A stretch of DNA of 59,445 nt, filler included, from Sphacelaria rigidula (taxonomy: Eukaryota): the NCBI GenBank assembly GCA_964200075.2. It is 10 parts of 10 records of this genome, joined end to end, with 100 filler letters (N's around TTAATTAATTAA, not from the genome) between each part and the next. Parts side by side here need not be neighbours in the genome. Positions count along the whole stretch, not along the records: positions 47,638 to 53,491 come from CAXNAA020023956.1; positions 53,592 to 59,445 come from CAXNAA020023957.1; 8 more parts are not named here. One strand, given 5' to 3'. The notes beneath the pieces are model-generated. The model was not told the DNA's origin and searched no databases. It worked only from the letters and a program-made list of their open reading frames with translations. Below are positions 50,513 through 59,445 of this stretch, one piece after another. Each line of letters begins with the position of its first letter. The first letter of the stretch is position 1. A program made the position numbers and the translations under genes.

Positions 50513-51392
50513 GCAGGCTGCATGGTACTGCAGGACTGTGGTTTGTTCGGAAATCAAACCGCGTGTCGCACTTTTAAACGATGATACCTTAAAGAAAGAC
50601 CTCGAAAGCTTGTTGTGTGCGTGTCACTACCCGAAGTAAGAAAGAGAGGAAATATGACATGATGAGAAAATTATTCGGAACCGTCTGATTCAGGTGCCAT
50701 TTCCGCCAGGTTCAGGCACAGGCCGAAGATGAGGTACATGTTTAGGATGGAAAGAAGGTTGAAGCAGACATACAAATGGCTTTTTTCGCCACACACAGGC
50801 ATTGTGCTCTTTCGGCTGATCAGATGCCACATACCTCTAAATTTCGGTGTTCTGCGTTGTGGCAGTGTTTTAGATAGCTGTAGCTGTTGCACTGTTTCGG
50901 CCCCGCAATGATTTCGACGAATAATCTGGTAGGGCGCAGCTCCCGCGGACGTGTCTGTTGCGGCTCGCCGCTGCGAAAACTTCTTGAGCGCAGATATTTT
51001 CGCCGCAGGCGAAAAAAATTGTGCGGCATTTTCGAGGCAATTTTCGTGGGGTATGTTATTTCTCGCCGAATCGCCAAAGGAGATGATTCGTTTGGGCCCT
51101 TTTTGCGCTTTATTTCGTAAATGACGTCAGAATGCCGCAACATAGGCCTGCGATCCTATCTGAAACGCTGCGTTGTGGTAGAGCCAGTAGGTATCTCTTG
51201 GTGCCCGAACAATGTCTAAGTATACTGTACTTGCAGCTGCCGCCTGCTCTTGTGAGAAGCATGACACGCCGTCGTTGATATGGCGTACGGTATCCATTTG
51301 ATAAGACGATCCCGCTGATCTGCACGTTTTGTAGTCGTGTGTCTGTTTTATGTGTCAGGTGTATGTTCGCGTGCCTCTTGCTCGTGTCGCAG

Positions 51393-51507
51393 AGTTTAAC
51401 GCTGACCTGTATTGCGAGGCTTTGAATTGCGACGGGCAATGGCCCACATTGGGCAATGTGGTAATTTGCCTCGAGGATGGGCCTTTGGATGCGCTTCTTG
51501 ATGCTGG
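51393..51507 (+). CDS. S8 subtilase, probable exon
   Basis: TCGCAG acceptor, FNADLYCEALNCDG...DALLDAG, donor GG|GTGAG in phase 2, matching the next exon. Confidence 0.55.
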
Positions 51508-51730
51508 GTGAGCAGCGACCTGTCACGACGAGTGCACAGATTGATACATTGTAGTCGCCGTATAACAGTTGATACCGCCTGGGGTGAAAGTGGTTGATGC
51601 GTCGTATGCCTGCGGGCTGAACTGAAATGTGTGGGGCACGAACAATTGAAACGTTTTTTATCCGCTTGAAGCAACGATACTGAGTTATATCATACTCACA
51701 CTGCTTCCCCTGTCCAATGGTTATACTCAG

Positions 51731-51816
51731 GGGTATTGCTCGGGGAGCGAAGTTAGCCGTGTTTGACGTCGGCGCTGATGGCGATGGAACCGCAGTTTCG
51801 CTACCCTATCCTGACG
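51731..51816 (+). CDS. S8 subtilase exon (GIARGAKLAVFDVG)
   Basis: Matches the G(V/I)APxAKL..FD motif; CAG acceptor; G|GTAAG donor in phase 1. Confidence 0.85.
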
Positions 51817-52136
51817 GTAAGAACGGATGAAGGATTTATGGGCATTATTTCGTAGATATGAGCAATACGCCGTGAAAATATTGGATAAACAGGACTTCGT
51901 AGCTGGACACCAACTGGAACTTCTCCGAACAGGCCAGACGTGAATCGAGGGACGCTGTTCCTCCCGTCTCTTGGTATTCGATTAACGTTACTACGCCAAC
52001 CATGCATGACGCCACCGATGCATTGGCACGCGCACTGAAGGCAGAAAATCTTCTCTCGGACACTCCATAGAAGAGCTTGAGCAAAACAAATCAAGCCAAT
52101 CACCACGGGGTGAAAAAAAAATAACGAATCGGGCAG

Positions 52137-52255
52137 GGTCTGTGATGTGGGACGCTTCTAGGGCGGCCGGCGCGGCGGTGCACTCTAACTCTTGGGGGTA
52201 CTGGCTCTGCGGGGTCGACCAGGAAACGTTTTTCAACGACAAGTATCTCTACGAG
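52137..52255 (+). CDS. S8 subtilase exon (GAAVHSNSWG)
   Basis: HSNSWG motif of KP-43-type S8 proteases; phase 1 in, phase 0 out (GAG|GTGAG). Confidence 0.88.
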
Positions 52256-52522
52256 GTGAGATAACAAAACACGTTGTTTTGAATCATGTCCAGCCGAGCG
52301 ACCGTGTATTCGTAAAGCGCATATTCTTTCGGGGGATACTGCTCCGAGTCACTCCAATGAACCATATCACAGTCTGATCGGGTCAGCAGCAACAACTCGA
52401 ATTTCTGCGCAAATCCTACAAAAAAGAACTCTCGACCACCCCAACACACAATAACCAAAGTCACTCGAGTGCCTACGCCTCTCGCGCTTACACACGTTTG
52501 GCATTGTCGCCGATAACAACAG

Positions 52523-52738
52523 AACCCCGGGCATGTACTTGTTTTTGCTGCGGGGAATGATGGAGATGTCACCCCGACGGGAGAATGCAGCGTCATGTCT
52601 CCGGCCACCGGGAAAAATGCAATTGCGGTCGGGAGCACCATCTCCGGTCGCTTGCGGTATTCCTTCGGGGCAACGCTGGATGAAGTGTCAGACTTTTCCG
52701 GACGTGGTCCGGTCTCCGATGGGAGAGTCAAGCCTGAT
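52523..52738 (+). CDS. S8 subtilase exon with oxyanion Asn (VFAAGNDG...SPATGKNAIAVG...FSGRGPVSDGRVKPD)
   Basis: Hallmark S8 motifs; 72 codons; phase 0/0; AG and GT boundaries. Confidence 0.95.
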
Positions 52739-53252
52739 GTGAGCATGCCCTAGACGGCGATCACCGCCGATCGCTTTACCAATGCACCTGGGTATGAACG
52801 TTGTTCCAACTCAGCAATATCTTCTCCACGACACAACCACGATGCTGCTGCTGTGACGAAAGATTTTAAGGGTCGGACAACTCGTCGCCAGGGCAGATAA
52901 ACCCTTTCGATTCGTCATGATTAACCGTGCAGTTGTCGAAATAAAAGCGCCTTTTGAACAATATCTGAACCCGGTGCATTCTTAATGGGTCTGTTTTGTC
53001 AACACTACCGCCCTGACGTGTGCATTTTCCTCTCTCTCGTGGGTACTGCAGGGTGCTGGCCATGCTGGCGTAGAGTATTGATGAATTTGTTTTGGTCCAG
53101 TTAGTGGTCGAATAGCACGAGAGTGGCCTCGTCAAGCCTATGAAGGGCCAACAAATGAAGTCGTTGTTGCTGCTAGAACGGGTGCTATACTCTACCAACA
53201 GCATTCAGATTGCTTTCGTATCGTACCATATGTCACATGTGTCATGTTACAG

Positions 53253-53337
53253 GTGGTGGCTCCTGGAGAGTATATCATTTCAGCAAGGGGAGCGGGGTAC
53301 GGCGGTCGTGAAACTTGCGAGCTCAACGTCATGGCCG
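53253..53337 (+). CDS. S8 subtilase exon (VVAPGEYIISA...NVMAG)
   Basis: Continues KPD|VVAPG and ends at the G of the expected GTSMA catalytic motif; the next exon is off the contig. Confidence 0.9.
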
Positions 53338-53416
53338 GTGGGTACAGTGCCGCATATCCCTTGGGATCAAAGACATGTGTAGGGCCGAATAAAGAAGATG
53401 GGAGGGGGAGGGGGGA

Positions 53417-53491
53417 GGGGGGGGGGGTGTACTCATGATCTTGCATGCCACAATCATCAGACCATTGACCTCGCATCCCCACAAAGCCGGG
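53417..53491 (-). mobile_element. Retroposon 3' end, type B, in a subtilase intron
   Basis: Reverse complement of 7903-7973, abutting a G-rich tract. Confidence 0.85.
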
Positions 53492-53591
53492 NNNNNNNNN
53501 NNNNNNNNNNNNNNNNNNNNNNNNNNNNNNNNNNNTTAATTAATTAANNNNNNNNNNNNNNNNNNNNNNNNNNNNNNNNNNNNNNNNNNNN
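53492..53591. other. Artificial contig linker 9
   Basis: Same 100-bp spacer. Confidence 0.99.
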
Positions 53592-53621
53592 GCAAGCAAC
53601 AAATGAGTATGCCCCCCCCCC
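53592..53621 (+). mobile_element. LINE type C 3' tail
   Basis: GCAAGCAACAAATGAGTATG followed by C10. Confidence 0.85.
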
Positions 53622-55846
53622 TATCGTGGGATGACTCACATCATGAGTCGTGCTGTACTGACTATACTTCTGTACATACTGGACGTGGCAGTGTTGGAGT
53701 ACTGCAACGGAGGTGTGAGAGTTTAGAATAATCAGTACTGCATCGAAGATGACTGGATACAGGTAACCCGCGACTACACACCGGATGGATGATACTTGCT
53801 CCTTGGCCGGGAACTGGGCCGTCTCAGGCGATCACTGAACGATGTCTCTGTTCTATCATCATCCATCACACGATAGCATTAAGGAAACCAACGACCCAGT
53901 CGAGTGCTCTCGATACGGTACAAGCAAAAATGTCAAGAAGGGATACATCCAACCTCATCGGTTGTCATATGGACTACATCACGTCAATCCTCTTGTTCCG
54001 GCTGCGCCTAATATTTACCGACGCACACAGTCTCATATGTATGTGTTGGCTGCGGTATCACGACATGATGTTTGCGGTAACAGGAGGGGAAAGATTTGGT
54101 TGTACATACTAAGGCCGATTGATGACTAGCGACAAGCTGGTTACGCATCAAATGTATCGACTGCAATCTACGCCATGTAGTATCTCACACAGCTGAACCT
54201 CCAATGTAGCTTCTGTCTACCCTACCCCTCACCCTCTTGGGCTCACCCGAAGTTGATGAACATGTCATAATCTCTCTGGTGCAGACGTTCATCGAGAACC
54301 TCAAGTGTACTTGCCTGTGGGGACAGCCAAAAAGGCAACATGCACTCATGATCACAGCGATAATAAAACAGGGAGACGGTGACGACAATAGAGAAAGGGT
54401 CACGACTAACGGGGCTATTTTTTTCAGCTTTGTTCAACTTTTGAGGGGAAAACATTTTCCCCGAAAAAATTGAGGCCAGTTTTCGCAACCAGATCAAGGA
54501 ACATAATAATTCAAGAGCGACTACATATTACTTCCAAATTTAGCCTTGTACTTTTCTCTTATTATTTCTTCATTTGAGAAGTCGAAAATTTTCCCGAAAA
54601 AGTCGAAAAAGCCAGAAAAAAGGTCTGGATAATAACGACCCGGAACAGGTACATAATACTACAGTATATGTAAACGTGCGCAACGGGCACATTCCTATAG
54701 CGGTAGTGAATTATGGTATTCCATGACCTAGCTACTGTGTTGCGCATTCTCTGCGAACTAGTGTGCATACCTTGCTAGGGTCGATGGTAACCTTGACCAA
54801 ACTTAGTCCACCATTTTCCGTGCTTTCCTCGTCTTCGTCCATCTGTCCAATCGTAAAAATGCACGTGCGCCCGAGCAAGTTTGTGCACGATGGCGAAACC
54901 AAAGCTTTCAAAGCGGTAAATGATGTGTTTCGAATAACAACATGAAGCCTGTTTTGATTGCCCGACAACTTCGTTGTCTACTGCGCTGTTTCGTTCATAG
55001 TTGAGCCGAGGTGTACTGTTGTCCCTTGTCAAGCGAGTAGCTCCGCTTGCGAGTTTGTCGCTGGCTAAGCATCGTCAAACGCTGTCGTGAGTGCAAGTTC
55101 GTTGGGAAATAGAGACGTGCGCGAACTACCGTGTACATGTCAGAAAAACTCGCCCTCAGTGCTGCGGTGAAACCGTCACGTATTACAATACCTGAGTAGA
55201 CAATCGACGCCCGTCATACACCCCGTTTTGTCAGTAAAAACAACACCCCTGAAATCGTGATTCCCAATCTTGAGCCCTTCAAAACCCCCACGATCTCTCA
55301 CTATCGCACAGTAACCGTCCAGGCTCCGCGGAGTGTACGACGCTGGCGGTCGAACCCCATACACCGCAACCACCATGATCAAGCGGGTGTCGCCTGGTTG
55401 AGCCTCGAACGCCGCCTTCAGCGCCCGTGAAGATGCCTCGTGCGCCGTCTGCTTGTTCCCTCGCCCTGGGTACCGCCCCGTGGGGCTCGTGGCTGTTGCC
55501 TTCCCAGTCGTGCGCGAAGAAGTATTGCTTGTCTTCGAGAAAGAAATGAGTCGAGTATCCCATTGTTGTTGTATGGGAGCAGTAGAGTCATTTTACGCAG
55601 AAAAGGAGCAGGGGACGAGGGGGGGGCGTGGGGGGACTGTGTTCAAGGAGATGTTTGTTGTCTTTTGTGCTGAAAGACGGATTGGTAATTGAGACATCGA
55701 CTGAGCTCATACAGCTGGGGGTATGTCGTATCAAAGCTCGATTGATTGTTGAAGCACACGCTTATACTTCGCTCTTATTGCGAAAAGGGATGTATTTCAG
55801 GTCAGCTCCTAGGGCTGAGGGAAATTCTCTCAACTTCGATCCTTTT

Positions 55847-56041
55847 CAAGGGTAGGTCGAGTAGAGTACACTCAATTGCGGGGTATTTTGAAAGTCGTAC
55901 TTGAAGAACACAAATTGGGGATATAATTTCAGGAATCTATTTTTTGGGTACGACTCCCAACACTCTACCCTAACTTGAGTTCCCCAAGTACGTCTTTCAA
56001 AATACCCCGCAATTGAGTATATTCTACTCGATCCGCCCTTG
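55847..56041. mobile_element. MITE family D (hAT-like), complete
   Basis: About 48-bp TIRs and a perfect 8-bp TSD ATCCTTTT (55839-55846, 56042-56049). Confidence 0.95.
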
Positions 56042-57819
56042 ATCCTTTTTACTCCACGTCGTCTTTGCTGCCGAGTCCCACACTTTCCCATTTTGCGTTA
56101 AGTATCTACAGTAGTTCACCTGCTTCGCTGGGCCCCAACCCCGCGGGCCATTGTGCACAGGCGAAATTTGTGCCGCAATCCCACGTTTTGCGCTGCGAGT
56201 CGGTGTCGAAGTTTGAGCCACCTCTCGTTGATCTGATGTCCCCTCAGCACTCGTAATCGCCGCACGAGATTGTCGATCGCTAACTGTACCGACGCCTTTG
56301 GTCGGAGATGCTGGACGGGAGACCGCAGCACTATTTGACTGGGTCGGTAATCTGGGGGATACCAAGCTGCTCGTAGCTCTGCTGGTTGTTTTGTTCGGAA
56401 GCGGTGACCTACCAGTGCTGCTCGCAGTAGACTTTGCAACAGTGTTGTGAGGTGGGGAGAGAGAAACTTCGGCAGGTTCTGCAGGAGGTGGTCCTGGGAT
56501 ATATGTGGCAGCGTGTCGTGAGCATTCGATCAGCGCTCCGGGGAAGATGGTGAGGCCGTTGGTGTCTAGTAGCCAGGACGGCACGCGTTGGCGTCCGCAC
56601 TGCCCACACGTCTGCGCGTAAACGAGGCAGCGCGATGATGATGACGGAGTTTGACTGCACCCTAAACCCAGATGCCTTGACTTAAACCGCCCTTTGGAGA
56701 TGCCTCGAACCCCAACTCATTTATCTAGGCACTCGCCGATCTACGGTATGGCGAAATAGTTGAATGTGTGGGATCATATACTCAGCAGTTGACGATATGG
56801 CGCTTGAGCTTTTCGTCCTTCTGCGGTCACATCAAAGGTGAGTACTTGTTCTCTTGAACCGTAAAAACCTCCCATTTCCGCCGAGTCGCAGTAGAATTTC
56901 ACAGGGAAATGGGCGATAGCGAAGCAAGTACGACACACAGAAAAATGCCCACTCTGTCCTGGGAGTTATTGGTATGAGACTGGAGAATGTCATTCAAACA
57001 GAAATACCCACCTTGTCGTGGGAGTCATCGCTATGACTGGCGCTGCACACCAGACAAGTCCAGCCTTTTGCTGCCTTCCTGCCGTGGAGAGAGAGAAGAC
57101 CGTTCAGAGGCTGCATCCTGCGTCGGACGGTAAAAATTCCCTCGTCTATTTGGAGTTGACGTAGCACGGAAGTCACACGATTCCAATATATGGCATCTGG
57201 TGAGGAACAACAGCAGACAGCACGGTGTGTTCGGAATAGAATCTTCATTGCCTTACTCTAATGGCGTGGAGTAGCCATGCGGGGTGGTTCACGCGTTTCC
57301 ACCATCAAGTTGGTGCAAGTTCATGTGTCCAGCGGCTTGTACATTGTACTGTAGAAAATATCGCCATATCTCCGCGATCACCACCGCCGTTATGGGGTAT
57401 GTGCGATCTAGACAGGCATTCCAGGGCATACATGAACCCACGCGAAGTCACGACTGTACTAATTATTGCGTCTTGAGACTGGGGATGAGTCGATACAACA
57501 TCATCGTTAAAGTGATCATGTGCACACGCGATCGCATTTCCGACGTTGGGCTACCAGACTGCTGGAAGAACATGCAAGAACATCACGGGATTGAACGTCG
57601 TACACGCTCACCCTCGAATACATCTAGTCGGCTTCCATGCGCTGTATTTTTCTCAAGACCGCATGCGAAGCGTACTCCTGAGTGCCGGTTGCAGTTCTCG
57701 TTCGGCGCTTTGGATGCTTGCGACAAACGATACCCGCAACTTCCTCCCGATTACACGCTTTAGTCTTGCGTACACTGAACTAGCTGTCACAGCGGAACAG
57801 GTGATACAGGTACAGATCA

Positions 57820-58160
57820 AAAACAAAGTGCAACACTCATCATGTGCTGGTCTTGGCTACATATTCCAAACTATCGGCTGCATCATACTAACTACAGTGT
57901 CCAACAACGTACGAGTTCATCACAAAAAATCTAACACAACTGATGAGGTAAAATAACCACGTTTAAGTTGGGCAAGGAGTTAATGACAAGGATATTGTGC
58001 TATCCACCACTTCTGCGCATCTACCGTCCCGGCGACGGGAGATCGTGCGGGATAATGTCGTAATGAATCGACACAAGTTAGACCGCATCCATGTCAAACC
58101 CGTCCAGGTACACTTCAAAATTGAGAGTAAAGTACAGACGACAGCCATCTGCATATGCGG
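57820..58160 (-). pseudogene. Possible decayed CMC/EnSpm-type transposase fragment
   Basis: FEVYLDGFDM...HDLPSPGR...HNILVINSLP...YDAAD resembles the DGF / LP..R / N.....P / YDA pattern; many stops. Confidence 0.3.
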
Positions 58161-59445
58161 GCACGTAACGTGATACTTCTGCTGCGTGATGTAGGGAAGG
58201 GGGTGCAGTTCTACGGGGAGGGTGGATTGGGCCTGGCGCTCAAGCATAGCTCTGAAACCATAGCTGAGTTCGAGACTGGAGGCACCCCACTTGTCCTGAA
58301 GGCTGCACCAGGCTCAGAGGCCGTTTGCTCCGTGGGGTGAGTTGCCTCGGCATTATGTGTAACGCGCACTGTTGCCGTCGACGATAGTGTTGCTTGCTGG
58401 TGCCACTGAACTTGCCCTTCTAAAACTGCAGGTTCGAAATCGACAGCGCATAGCCTCAAAACTGGAGAAAATACACGTATCCCAAACTCGGACAAATTAT
58501 TGTAGGAAAGTGTCCACCGGTCCCACTACAACACTACAGGCTGGGCCGCCCAAGACGCGGACAGGAATGAATGTGAACACGCGGTTATGCAGCTTACTTT
58601 TGGGTCGTTTTGTACATGATTTTGACACAATGTTCAGGACGTATGTGCAAGACCCCATCATCTCCCCCCTACATTTTTTTTCGTCAGCTATTCACGATTT
58701 AGTTCCGAAAAAACTCGAAAAAACTGTCCTGAAAGGTTCAGTCGCCAATAACTCACCGAAAAATATAATGTAGGGGGAAGGTGATGGGGTCTCCCTACAC
58801 AAATCCTGTATATCGTGTCAAAAAATCGTAGAAAACGACCCGAAATTCAGCCGCATCATCGTATGTTCGTGTCGAAGACCGGTTTCTACGTGGAGATGGA
58901 CCAGCCACGAAAAGATGAAACGCGGTTATGCTGTTCAATTTCAGGTCTTTTTCCACGAAACGTTGCCAAGATGTGTATGAGCAAGGTATGAGGTATGTTG
59001 TAAAGACCCCATTGTTCCCCCTCGACTTTTTTTCAATGAGTTGTCGACGCTTTTGTACCAGAAAAAAATATTCCGATATTTCGATCACCAATAACTCACG
59101 AGAGGAACAAAAATATGAGGGGGAAACGGTAGGGACTTCGCACATATCTCATGTTCATCGTGTCGAAATCTCACGGAAAACGACTCAAAATTGAGCAGCG
59201 CAACCGCGTTTTTCTGTTGAGAACCGGTTGACTCGCTTTTAGAGTATAACAACCTCAGCCGGAACTTTGATGTTCTCTACAAGCTTTCTTCGCCCACTGC
59301 TCACCGGTTGCACACTACAGTAGCCAGCGTCAGAAGTATGCAGAATCCGTAATTTCTTAGTTTCTCAAAGATTGTCCAGATTTGTTTTGCTTGCCACCGC
59401 CCATCACGGTGACTATAAAAAAAAAAAAAATGTGCATCCGGAGAT

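Noticed and set aside
55176..56660. Coding-like minus-strand ORFs (MGYSTHFF..., MPSWLLDT...)
   Set aside because: No recognisable domain and no consistent splice model.
57940..57965. CTGATGAGGTAAAATAACC hammerhead-like start
   Set aside because: No GAAA follows the stem.

Overview
This is not contiguous DNA. It is ten unrelated, size-sorted contigs (five of 5855 bp, five of 5854 bp) joined by 100-bp artificial linkers (44 N + TTAATTAATTAA + 44 N). The DNA is eukaryotic, about 50% GC, intron-containing and very repeat-rich. The style of its retroelements suggests a brown alga (inference). Two partial host genes can be rebuilt with phase-consistent GT-AG introns: a RING-HC zinc-finger protein (18017-23351) and a KP-43-like S8 subtilase (51393-53337). 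The rest is mostly mobile DNA: a Ty3/Gypsy integrase-chromodomain remnant, two Ty1/Copia remnants, a LINE family with two related 3' ends, MITE families with 4-bp, 8-bp and TA target duplications, a tRNA-headed SINE candidate and two ~1.8-kb foldback structures. The most striking pattern is that the LINE 3' ends finish in C-runs rather than poly(A). In four independent cases that C-run is the pre-existing C-tract of another repeat whose empty copy is also in this window, and one case has a 14-bp target-site duplication. This points to a C-tract-targeting retrotransposon. One contig starts with a telomere-oriented (CCCTTCA)n array. Most short six-frame ORFs are noise. All alignments were made by eye.
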